The notes beneath the pieces were generated by a model. That model ran no database searches. It saw only the letters and a list, made by a program, of their open reading frames with translations, and was not told the DNA's origin. Below are positions 1-8,568 of a stretch of 64,000 bases of DNA, one piece after another. The DNA comes from Cyanobacteriota bacterium (GTDB lineage: Bacteria > Cyanobacteriota > Cyanobacteriia > Thermostichales > Thermostichaceae), in NCBI GenBank assembly GCA_033764955.1, contig JANRIL010000019.1:116098-180097 (forward strand), given 5' to 3'. Each line of letters starts with the position of its first letter. Position 1 is the first letter of the stretch. A program made the position numbers and the translations under genes.

Positions 1-1
1 A

Positions 2-646
2 ACCGCCGGACAGATCAAAACCCTCTTGTTAACCTCGGCAATTCCTTCAGAAGGGAAGTCAACGGTCAGTTTTTGTTTAGGGATGGCTCTGGCGGATTTA
101 GGACACCGCGTCCTGATTGTGGATGCGGACATGCGTAAGCCAGGCATCCACGGTCTGCTCAATCAGCCTAACGCCCAGGGATTGAGCAGTGTGATTGCCT
201 CAGATCGCCCTTGGCCTTCCCTGATTCACCTCTATTCGGATCATCTGCATGTCTTGACGGCAGGTCCAGTTCCCCCCAATCCGATTGCCCTCTTGGGTTC
301 CTCCAAGATGACGCAGCTTTTGGCCGAGTGGCGACAACGATATGACTATGTGTTAGTAGATACGCCACCCGTTTCTGGGATCGCGGACGCCCAAAGTATT
401 GCCAATCAAGTAGATGGTGTGGTCTATGTCTTGGGCATAGAACGTTCCGATCGGCAAATTATTGCGAGGGCCTTAGAACTACTCAAAAGCACCCAGGCAA
501 ATTTGGTGGGTATGGTGGTCAATCTTGTGGATGCCAAACAAAATGCTTACCACTATCGCTACTACACCGCCTACTATGGCAAGCCTTCCGACCAAAAGAA
601 AACGACAAGTCGAGCGACATCTAGCCGCTTGAAGGAGAATTCTTAA
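2..646 (+). CDS. C-terminal part of a CpsD/CapB/Wzc-type bacterial tyrosine kinase (exopolysaccharide export), truncated by the window edge
   Basis: Frame is open from base 2. Walker A (SAIPSEGKST), A' (VLIVDADMRKP) and B (YVLVDTPP) motifs, plus a C-terminal Tyr cluster (YHYRYYTAYY). Confidence 0.9.
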   Translation, partial: TAGQIKTLLLTSAIPSEGKSTVSFCLGMALADLGHRVLIVDADMRKPGIHGLLNQPNAQGLSSVIASDRPWPSLIHLYSDHLHVLTAGPVPPNPIALLGSSKMTQLLAEWRQRYDYVLVDTPPVSGIADAQSIANQVDGVVYVLGIERSDRQIIARALELLKSTQANLVGMVVNLVDAKQNAYHYRYYTAYYGKPSDQKKTTSRATSSRLKENS

Positions 647-896
647 GGCTTAAATTTTTAGCGATTAAAATAGGGATCCCGGCCTTTTACTCCCCGCCTA
701 ACGCTACTCAGCCAAAAATGCTTAAGGATCATCATTGCAAAAATCTATACCAGGGTCTAGTGTGGATCTAGTCTGGATCTTGTGGAAAGACTTGAGTTCC
801 CTGTGGTGCTGCACGATAGATTGAATAGTTTCCCAGATTTTCTCGATCTGGCTATAGCTTTGGTGCAAAATTACTTAGGAACTACCTTCCACCTCT

Positions 897-1469
897 ATGG
901 AATATGCATTAGTAATTGACTCTTGGCCAACTGTTTGTCAAGTTTCCTTTTTTGAACAGTGGCAAGAAATGCTGTCTAGTCTATTTCGTGGAGATAGGCT
1001 GGGTAAACAGGCGGCTTATCGGAAGCGCATGACCACTGTGGACTGGGTGATCCCGGGTAAGTTGGCGGTGGGATCCTTACCTCGTCCTGGTGACAGTGCT
1101 ATCCTGGCGAAAGCGAAAATTCAAGTCATCTTTTCCCTTTGTGCCCCAACCGAAGGCTCCTTACCACCGGATGTTCGCAAGCAGTTTTACTGTGGCAATT
1201 TAGTCTTGCCCGATAGCCACTGGAAGCACCCGATTCGGGTTGAGCAGTTGCGGCGGGCTGTCGAAGTGGTGCATCGAAGCGTTGAGAAAAATATGCCCAT
1301 TTATGTGCATTGTTTAGCGGGCATCGAGCGCTCCCCATTGGTTTGTATTGCCTATCTGTGTTGCTATCAAAACCTGCAACTGCAAGATGCCCTTACCTGG
1401 GTTAAACAGGTGCATCCACGCACCATGCCCACTCGTGATCAACTGAATGTTATTAAGCAGTTATTGTGA
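897..1469 (+). CDS. Dual-specificity protein phosphatase family protein (start may be ATG 969 or 1029)
   Basis: CX5R catalytic loop VHCLAGIERS; N-terminal DWVIPGKLAVG typical of this family. Confidence 0.85.
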   Translation: MEYALVIDSWPTVCQVSFFEQWQEMLSSLFRGDRLGKQAAYRKRMTTVDWVIPGKLAVGSLPRPGDSAILAKAKIQVIFSLCAPTEGSLPPDVRKQFYCGNLVLPDSHWKHPIRVEQLRRAVEVVHRSVEKNMPIYVHCLAGIERSPLVCIAYLCCYQNLQLQDALTWVKQVHPRTMPTRDQLNVIKQLL

Positions 1470-1643
1470 ATTTCCTGACTGCCCAGCGGGTTTGATTGCC
1501 GCCTTGAATCTAAAGAACTTTGGAAGTTGTGGTAGAGCTAACCATGCCTTTAATGGAGAATCAGCTAAGCTATCCCTGGTGGGTTCTACTCCCTATCAAT
1601 AAGGGTTTGAGCCGGTTCTCAACGACAATCAGGACAGGAATCT

Positions 1644-1781
1644 ATGGCAAACTTCAATCGTGGCATCATGCGATTTGCTGGAGCCGATAGCCCTCTAGCA
1701 ATAGCCCTCTCCACAGGGGTTGTGATAGGTGTTGTGGGATCCTTAATTTGGTGGGCGCTGCATTCTGCCTACAGTCTTTAG
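1644..1781 (+). CDS. 45-aa single-pass membrane microprotein (MANFNRGIMRFAGADSPLAIALSTGVVIGVVGSLIWWALHSAYSL), absent from the ORF track
   Basis: ATG 1644 preceded by purine-rich AGGACAGGA; hydrophobic C-terminal half; TAG 1779-1781 just before mutY. NRGIMxFxGAD recalled as a motif of a conserved cyanobacterial small protein. Confidence 0.7.
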   Translation: MANFNRGIMRFAGADSPLAIALSTGVVIGVVGSLIWWALHSAYSL

Positions 1782-1808
1782 CCCCTCTGACTCCCCCTTG
1801 CCCCTCCG

Positions 1809-2906
1809 ATGTGGACTCCTGAGCAACAGCAACGTCTGCGTCATCGGCTTTTGGATTGGTATGGGCAGCAGGGCAGAGATCTGCCGTGGCGACACACCAG
1901 GGATCCCTATGCCATTTGGGTCTCTGAGATCATGCTGCAACAAACCCAGGTGACAACGGTTTTGCCCTACTTTCAGCGCTGGTTAGAGCAACTCCCCCAC
2001 ATCCAGGACTTAGCTGTCGCTGCTCCGGCTCAGGTACTCAAGCTCTGGGAAGGGTTGGGCTATTATCGACGGGCACGCTACCTCCAGCAGGCGGCTCAGC
2101 AGTTAGTCGCCGAACGACAGGGAGTGTTTCCCACCACTTTGGAAGAAGCGATGGGATTGCCGGGGATTGGTCGCACCACAGCGGCGGGGATCCTGAGTGC
2201 TGCTTTTGATCGACCGCTCCCTATTCTGGATGGTAATGTCAAGCGGATATTGGCTCGTTTGGGGGCGTTGCCGGTTCCTCCCCGCAGGGCAACTCGGCAG
2301 CTTTGGCAATGGTCGGAGACTTTATTGGATCGGCAGCATCCCCGCGACTTTAACCAAGCTCTGATGGATTTGGGGGCGCTGATCTGTCGTCCCCGACAGC
2401 CTCACTGTAGAGAGTGCCCTTGGCAAGAGGATTGCACCGCTTACAATCACAGACAGCAAGATCACTATCCTATGTCTGAACCCACCCCACCCCGCCCCCA
2501 CAAAACCATTGCTGTTGCCGTCGTTTGGCAAGGGGAGCAGTTGCTCATTGATCAACGGTTGGAAAGTTCGATGCTGGGGGGCTTATGGGAATTTCCGGGG
2601 GGGAAGATTGAGGAGGGAGAAACGGCGGCGGAATGCGTCGTGCGGGAGGTGAAAGAGGAAATTGGCATTGATGTGGTGGTGGAATCGGCGCTGACCACTA
2701 TCGACCATGCCTACAGCCATTTTACGATTACGCTCATTGCCTTCATTTGTCGCTATGTGGCGGGAGAAGCGCGGGCGTTGCAATGCAGTGATGTGCGCTG
2801 GATTTATCCTTCTCAACTGAGTGAGTATGCCTTCCCTTCTGCCAATCAAAAACTTTTTCCGGCTCTCTACGAATGGCTGAACACCCAATCCTCCAGTACC
2901 TCTTAA
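1809..2906 (+). CDS. mutY: A/G-specific adenine glycosylase MutY with C-terminal MutT/Nudix domain
   Basis: WVSEIMLQQT, HhH-GPD (LPGIGRTTA...DGNV), Fe-S motif CX6CX2CX5C, and Nudix box GKIEEGETAAECVVREVKEEIGI. Confidence 0.93.
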   Translation: MWTPEQQQRLRHRLLDWYGQQGRDLPWRHTRDPYAIWVSEIMLQQTQVTTVLPYFQRWLEQLPHIQDLAVAAPAQVLKLWEGLGYYRRARYLQQAAQQLVAERQGVFPTTLEEAMGLPGIGRTTAAGILSAAFDRPLPILDGNVKRILARLGALPVPPRRATRQLWQWSETLLDRQHPRDFNQALMDLGALICRPRQPHCRECPWQEDCTAYNHRQQDHYPMSEPTPPRPHKTIAVAVVWQGEQLLIDQRLESSMLGGLWEFPGGKIEEGETAAECVVREVKEEIGIDVVVESALTTIDHAYSHFTITLIAFICRYVAGEARALQCSDVRWIYPSQLSEYAFPSANQKLFPALYEWLNTQSSSTS

Positions 2907-3032
2907 TTCAGACTGATGACCACTTTTTTTCTGCTGGTTGAGACCCTCTGCCCGGAAGGGTGTCATTGCAGATTTTGTTCACAAAGACGGAACCACAACT
3001 ATTTTGTATAGGCAAGTTGGGGCGAGGAATCG

Positions 3033-4214
3033 ATGAAATCATATGACTGGATCGTGGTAGGCGGCGGCATCACCGGAAGTTTGCTGGCCTATCATTTGGT
3101 TCGCCAACCATCCCGTGTTTTATGGCTGGAAAAAGATGTATCCCTGCGGGGAGCCAGCCGCTATAGCTATGGTGGATTTAGTTATTGGGCGGCCAAAACC
3201 CCTCTGCAACAGACCCTCGCCCAACGGAGTTTTGATCGCTATTTTGAGTTGCAAGACGAATTGCCAGAGAATTTCCGACTGCGCTTGCTTGACTTGGTCA
3301 TGCCCATTTTGCCGGGATGGGATCCCCAGCAGGTGCTAGCCATGCACGCCGATATGCGGATCCCGCCCCAACTGATTGATGTTCCGTCGGCTTGCCAATT
3401 GGAGCCGCTCCTCAACCCAACCGCCTTTGATGCCGCTCTCACCGTTCAGCACGGCCACCTTCATCCGGGACGATTGGTCAAAGCTTTGCAAGCTGCTTTC
3501 CAGGCGTTGGGGGGCGACGTGATCATTCAGCCCGTCACAGGTTTTTTGGGTCAGCCCAGCATCAGCGGTGTCACCACCCCAACCCACACCTATAGCGGAT
3601 CGCAGGTAATTGTCTGTGCAGGTGGTTGGAGTCGGCAGTTGGTCAACCAAACGGGGTTGTCGATCCCCCTTTACTTCACCCATGCCGAGTCGATAGAAAT
3701 TCCCCCTCCGCCTGACCTACACCTGCGGGCATTGGTCAACCCCATTCCCCTCAAGCGTTTTGACCTAGAAGCGGAGTCTTGTCGGCCTGAGAAAATCGGT
3801 TTGTGGGCAGCCGCGGGGCATGAGGCAGCGCCACCCATCCTGGATGTGGGGGCAGTGCCATTTGGAGAGGAGGGGATCCGCATCGGGCAGGTGAGCCGCA
3901 CCTTGACGGATCCAGAGGCAAGGGTGGATCCCGTCAGCAGCGAGGCGGCCATGCGGCAGGGATTGCGCCCCTATCTTCCCAGCCTTGCCGATCTGCCGGG
4001 GCAGTGGTACGAATGTTTGGTGGCGTTTACGGCTGACCAGTTGCCCCTCGTGGGATCCCTCCAGCCGGGGCTGTCGATTTTTTCTGGATTTAGCAATCCA
4101 CTGGCTACCGTACCCGCCCTAGCCGAGCGCTTTGCTACCCATCTCACCGCCGGAACGGTTGACCGGGATCCGCTGCTAGCACCGCTATCCCCCAGCCGCT
4201 TTGGCAAGGGGTGA
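3033..4214 (+). CDS. FAD-dependent oxidoreductase, DAO/glycine oxidase-like
   Basis: N-terminal VVGGGITG Rossmann motif, CAGGWS, and C-terminal TADQLPLVG. Confidence 0.8.
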   Translation: MKSYDWIVVGGGITGSLLAYHLVRQPSRVLWLEKDVSLRGASRYSYGGFSYWAAKTPLQQTLAQRSFDRYFELQDELPENFRLRLLDLVMPILPGWDPQQVLAMHADMRIPPQLIDVPSACQLEPLLNPTAFDAALTVQHGHLHPGRLVKALQAAFQALGGDVIIQPVTGFLGQPSISGVTTPTHTYSGSQVIVCAGGWSRQLVNQTGLSIPLYFTHAESIEIPPPPDLHLRALVNPIPLKRFDLEAESCRPEKIGLWAAAGHEAAPPILDVGAVPFGEEGIRIGQVSRTLTDPEARVDPVSSEAAMRQGLRPYLPSLADLPGQWYECLVAFTADQLPLVGSLQPGLSIFSGFSNPLATVPALAERFATHLTAGTVDRDPLLAPLSPSRFGKG

Positions 4215-4227
4215 GGATCCCCCCAGT

Positions 4228-6678
4228 TCAACAAGCCACTTCCGAGTCGAGATGAAAAGGGATCCGCACGGTAAAGGTGGTCTGGTTGTTTTCACTTTCG
4301 ACAGCGATACTGCCATCCAAAAGAGAAACCCGTTGCTGAACCAGGGCTAAGCCTAATCCTGTACCCCCTTGCCGCCAGGGATCCGCATTGGGCACTCGAT
4401 AAAACTTCTCAAAAATATGGGGAAGCTCACGACTAGGAATTTCTACCCCCGTATTGCGGACAACAATCATCAAATGTTGTCTATTGGCGGTTACCTGCAC
4501 AAAAATATCCTCATGAGGGGGGGTATATTTGCAGGCGTTGTTGAGCAGCTCGCTCAAAATTTGCTCCAGACCCAACGGCAGCGCATAAATTTGAGGCAAG
4601 TTTTGGGACAATTCGACGGTTAAGGTTTGTTGACGGCTTTGGGCACGGTCATAAAAGGGCTTGATAACCGTTGGGATCCAACTTTGTAGATCCATCTGCT
4701 GAAATTGTTGGGGATCGGGATTGGCTTCCAATCGTTGCAGATCCAGCAGATCGTTAATCAGGCGAATTTCCCGCTCACATTCCTCCTGCAAAATTTGCAG
4801 ATAACGAGTGATTTTGGCAGCATCCTGCAAATGGGTTACCTGGGGATGAAGCAGGCTAGTCAGGAGTTGAATAGCCATCCGAATACTGGAAAGTGGTGTA
4901 CGTAACTCATGGGAAACGGTACTCAAAAAGTCATTTTTGAGGGCATCCAGACGACGTAGTTCTATGACTTGAGCATTGAGTTGGGCGGTGCGATCCTGAA
5001 CTTTGGCCTCTAAATCTTGGTTGAGGGTTTGGATTTGCCCAAACAGTTGACCCTGTTGAATGGCAATAGCTAACTGATCGGCAATCGCCTCCACCAGAAC
5101 CTTTTCAGAATTGAGCCACTGTGCCGATAGATTTTCACTGGCTAAGGCTAAATATCCCCAAAAAGTTGTGGGGTTGGATTCAGAAATAGGTTGGGGGATC
5201 TGCGAACTCAGGGATAGGGGTACAAATAGAGAAGTCCTGGCCTTATCCATTAACCAATGGGGGGATGGTTGGGATCCCGTCTGCTGGATGAAGGTCATGG
5301 ATTCATTACTACCAGAAGCTAATGACGGAAGACTCGCTTCTGCCGCTAAGAGAGTGACGATTTCAAACCGTTTGAGATGCTGGGTAATGGGATGGGGTTG
5401 ATCGGGCAAAATAGAGCCTAATTCATCCAAATGACTGTGATGGCGGCGATAGTCGGCTCGATTGATCCAAACCGCTTGTTCGGGCAGATATTGGGCGATA
5501 ATCACCTGATCCACATGCAAAATTTGGCTAATGGCTGCCACAGCCGTTGAAAAGATATCTTCCAAATGCAGCGAGTTGCGAATGGCTTGAATGACTTGGT
5601 TGAGGGCACGTTCCCGTTGTGCCTGTTGCTGACTGTGCTGATAAAGTTGACTTTGTTGAATAGCACTTTCCACCTGAGATCCCAGGTTTTCCAAAAAGTG
5701 CATCTGCCAGGAATGCCAATGGCGGGGATGCAGGTAGTGATGCACCACCAATAGACCCCAAAACTCCTCCCCCTGCATGAAGGGAAAACAAAGCAGCGAC
5801 TTAATGGGAGGGGCGATCGGGCTAAAAGGAATGTCAGCAAGAGGAGACTGAAACAGATCCGGTAGAGCATAGCTGCGTCCGGCCTGCAAATGGGGGAGCA
5901 GTTGTTGACACCACTCGCGGTTGAGGGAGGTTTGCAGGAGGCTGGGGTGCTCGGCCTGATGAGCCTCAGCAATCACAAGCGGGGATCCCTGCGGCCATTT
6001 ACGACAGATCAAGACACTATCCGCCTGCAAAAACTGCCGCACCTCTTGCACCGTCGTGGTCAAAATATCATTTAAATCGAGGGATTGACGAATATGAGCT
6101 GTGATGGTGCTCAGCAGTTGTTCTTGGCGATTTTGTTGTTGCAGCGTTTCGAGGGTGCGACTCGCTTGGAGTAGCCGTTGCATCCGTTGTCGCAACACCG
6201 CCCAATGGATAGGCTTGGTCACATAATCGGCGGCTCCAGCGGCAAAAGCCCGATCCACCGAAACACTATCCTCCAAACCTGTGATCATCAAAACAGGGGT
6301 ATTGTGGCTATTGGGCAGGGCTTTCAGGTGGCTACAACAGGCAAACCCGTCCATAACGGGCATGATGGCATCCAGCAGGATAATGTCCGGTTGCAACTGT
6401 TGAAAGAGTCGCAAACACTCCTCCCCATCAATGGCCTCGACAACGCGATATCCTTCCCCAGCTACCAGATGACGTAGCCATTGTCGCGTGACCCGATCAT
6501 CATCCACCAATAACACCAAGGGATCCATGGTGGGGGTGGGGGGTGGGATGGGGTCGAGGGTCTCTAGAAGCATCGATAGCTGGAGATATGGAGGAACCTG
6601 CTGAGCAGGATCAAGCAGCAGCCCATGTTGAGAAACACGAACTGTATCTATTTTCAACCGCGAAATGGCTGGGCGCAT
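4228..6678 (-). CDS. Hybrid sensor kinase REC-GAF-GAF-HisKA-HATPase (true start probably ATG 6573 or 6528)
   Basis: Receiver domain (LLVDDD, ILLDAIMP, TKP), two GAF domains (IRQSLDL/IRNSLHL), H-box SHELRTPL, N-box ELLNNACKYT, G2 box GGTGLGL. Confidence 0.9.
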   Translation of the reverse strand: MRPAISRLKIDTVRVSQHGLLLDPAQQVPPYLQLSMLLETLDPIPPPTPTMDPLVLLVDDDRVTRQWLRHLVAGEGYRVVEAIDGEECLRLFQQLQPDIILLDAIMPVMDGFACCSHLKALPNSHNTPVLMITGLEDSVSVDRAFAAGAADYVTKPIHWAVLRQRMQRLLQASRTLETLQQQNRQEQLLSTITAHIRQSLDLNDILTTTVQEVRQFLQADSVLICRKWPQGSPLVIAEAHQAEHPSLLQTSLNREWCQQLLPHLQAGRSYALPDLFQSPLADIPFSPIAPPIKSLLCFPFMQGEEFWGLLVVHHYLHPRHWHSWQMHFLENLGSQVESAIQQSQLYQHSQQQAQRERALNQVIQAIRNSLHLEDIFSTAVAAISQILHVDQVIIAQYLPEQAVWINRADYRRHHSHLDELGSILPDQPHPITQHLKRFEIVTLLAAEASLPSLASGSNESMTFIQQTGSQPSPHWLMDKARTSLFVPLSLSSQIPQPISESNPTTFWGYLALASENLSAQWLNSEKVLVEAIADQLAIAIQQGQLFGQIQTLNQDLEAKVQDRTAQLNAQVIELRRLDALKNDFLSTVSHELRTPLSSIRMAIQLLTSLLHPQVTHLQDAAKITRYLQILQEECEREIRLINDLLDLQRLEANPDPQQFQQMDLQSWIPTVIKPFYDRAQSRQQTLTVELSQNLPQIYALPLGLEQILSELLNNACKYTPPHEDIFVQVTANRQHLMIVVRNTGVEIPSRELPHIFEKFYRVPNADPWRQGGTGLGLALVQQRVSLLDGSIAVESENNQTTFTVRIPFHLDSEVAC

Positions 6679-6807
6679 CCTGATTTCTACTACAGAAACC
6701 GATCAATTGGTTGCTCTGGAGTTACAAGAGTCTGGAGGCACAACCTCCCGCACAAACTAGGACGTTCTTCCCCTTGTTCCCCACTCCTTCCCCACCGCAT
6801 CTGTTCT

Positions 6808-6895
6808 GGGCAACACCCCAAATCAGCGGTGGCTAGTAGCCTTGGTAACCCAACCAACTATCTTTATACCGTCCGCTGCATTTGGATTATTAGAC
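6808..6895 (-). repeat. attC-like (59-be) recombination site closing the cassette
   Basis: Minus strand reads GTCTAAT-AATCCAAAT[G]CAGCGG[A]CGG...CCACCGCTGATTTGG-GGT-GTTGCCC: an 88-bp imperfect palindrome with two unpaired bases, starting 18 nt after the upstream stop codon. Confidence 0.75.
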
Positions 6896-6913
6896 CTTGC
6901 GCAAAGACATCAT

Positions 6914-8020
6914 TCATAGTATTACCGCTTCAACTGGTCGCCGTAGTGATCGCTGAGTCTCAGTACCATATCCAAAACGGACAACTAGATCTGGTCTGAG
7001 ATCACCAATGCCAAGATAAGTAGCGAATTGTGGACGTAATGATAAAACCTCAACTGGCTGGTTCAAAAATGCATTTTTTATGCCTAGTGCAGTTGCTTGC
7101 AAGGCGAACCGCTCGTAACATCGTCCTGTTTCAACCCAATGTTCCTTATCGTTACGCTCAGACACAAATACAGCAATCCCCGCAGAGGTACGAATGTGTT
7201 TAGCATATTTGTCGTTTTCACTCTTGGTTGTAAAAAACAAATTCAACAATCTCATCCCCAGCCAGCGAGGAACAATAGGATTTCCTGACGAACCAGCAAA
7301 TAGCCCATCCCTTTTGCTCAAGACTTCGTCATGGCTGAATCTAATCCAAGATTTCAGTTCCTCAACAAAGGCTCGATCATTCATCTGCGCTGTATTACCC
7401 TGAACAACATACTCCAGGATGTTCTCAATTTGGGCTTTTTCGGTGATCAGCAATATCCTGACCCCATTGCCCTGCCCTGTCGCTTCAAGGGAGGCTAAAT
7501 CAGCGGTGCTTAATTTTCTACCGTCATACTCAACTCGACTGCATTGACGTTGAGGAATCGCATTAAAAAGGTCAGAAGATATTATTTTTGAGGGTTCTAA
7601 GGTGACTTTCACCCTGTCATCAACAGAATCGAAATGTGCAAATCCGTGCTTGCCAAATGCCTGTGCCGCTTGAATCAGATTTTCGGCAGCACAGCCTAAA
7701 CTCACAAACAAATGATGGTCATCAGGATCAACAGCAGGGCATCTCCGTGCCCAGTCTGGCAAAATTGAAATGGTTTGATCTGCAATCGTGAATTTCCAGC
7801 ATTGCGTATTATGACTCGACGCAGCTAAGGTAGCGTAGCGAACCAGTTCATGATTGACTGCTATCAGGTCGTTCGTTGAGTTATCTAAGGTATGTCGCCA
7901 AGTATCACGGACGGTATTGTTGTATCGACCGTTAGACTGATGAGCAGTTCCTATTGCATATGTCATTGCTCCTCCCGTCAGTGCAGTAAGACCTAAAATA
8001 ATTTGTCTTCGACTCAGCAT
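6914..8020 (-). CDS. Acg-like FMN-binding nitroreductase-family protein with a twin-arginine-like signal
   Basis: LAASSHNTQCWKF, SLGCAAENL and C-terminal RFGYG...RSLRRP motifs; N-terminal SRRQII followed by a hydrophobic stretch. Confidence 0.8.
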   Translation of the reverse strand: MLSRRQIILGLTALTGGAMTYAIGTAHQSNGRYNNTVRDTWRHTLDNSTNDLIAVNHELVRYATLAASSHNTQCWKFTIADQTISILPDWARRCPAVDPDDHHLFVSLGCAAENLIQAAQAFGKHGFAHFDSVDDRVKVTLEPSKIISSDLFNAIPQRQCSRVEYDGRKLSTADLASLEATGQGNGVRILLITEKAQIENILEYVVQGNTAQMNDRAFVEELKSWIRFSHDEVLSKRDGLFAGSSGNPIVPRWLGMRLLNLFFTTKSENDKYAKHIRTSAGIAVFVSERNDKEHWVETGRCYERFALQATALGIKNAFLNQPVEVLSLRPQFATYLGIGDLRPDLVVRFGYGTETQRSLRRPVEAVIL

Positions 8021-8030
8021 CAGTAAACCC

Positions 8031-8447
8031 TCAGTCTGAAACTTGGAGTGATACCCTACGGATTTTTGCAGCGATGAGCGGGGATAGCATTAACCAGACT
8101 AAGCCAATAGGCATTAAGCCACCTTGCAACAAATTATAGTCAGCACCGATTTGCTGCCATGAATAGCCTAAGACAAAAAAACCCAGACTAATCTCGAATA
8201 CGACGGTTAGCAGCAGCCACAGTATACCAATGCCCAAAAGTTGGGAAAAGTGCGATACATGAAGCCATCGGATAAATAACGTGGCGATCATCAACACCAA
8301 TACTGATCCAATAGCAAATGAAACTTGATGAGCAAGAGGATCACCCAGAAATGGCACTAGGCAAAAGATCCGAGCAGCACCATTTAAGCTCTCCACAAGA
8401 ATAAATACAAGCCAAATCACAATGCTTTTCAGGATGATTATGGTCAT
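8031..8447 (-). CDS. Hypothetical integral membrane protein (about 4 TM segments)
   Basis: 138 aa, strongly hydrophobic; AAGGA RBS upstream; ends 10 nt before the nitroreductase-like gene. Confidence 0.75.
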   Translation of the reverse strand: MTIIILKSIVIWLVFILVESLNGAARIFCLVPFLGDPLAHQVSFAIGSVLVLMIATLFIRWLHVSHFSQLLGIGILWLLLTVVFEISLGFFVLGYSWQQIGADYNLLQGGLMPIGLVWLMLSPLIAAKIRRVSLQVSD

Positions 8448-8568
8448 ATGTCATGTCCTTACAACCAAAGTGCCCTCTAGCTATGAGAGTAAAACTGAAA
8501 ACTGAGTAACTTGTGAGAAATTCTTGCGATTATAATTCCGATCAGTTGGTTTCGGTCTAACAAAGCGG

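Larger units (their letters stand above)
6814..8560 (-). mobile_element. Putative integron gene cassette (2 ORFs) inserted at a chromosomal secondary site
   Basis: Starts at G|TTAGACC (8561-8554), complementary to GGTCTAA(T) of the terminal attC-like site. Visibly AT-richer than the flanks, and I saw no GGGATCCC inside it. Confidence 0.72.

Noticed and set aside
696..713. GCCTAAC-GCTA-CTCAGCC, resembling one arm of the attC-like site at 10905
   Set aside because: No complementary second arm or matching core nearby; at best a remnant, probably chance.
4228..6678. GAF domains as cyanobacteriochrome photosensors
   Set aside because: Neither GAF shows the canonical bilin-binding Cys-His motif.
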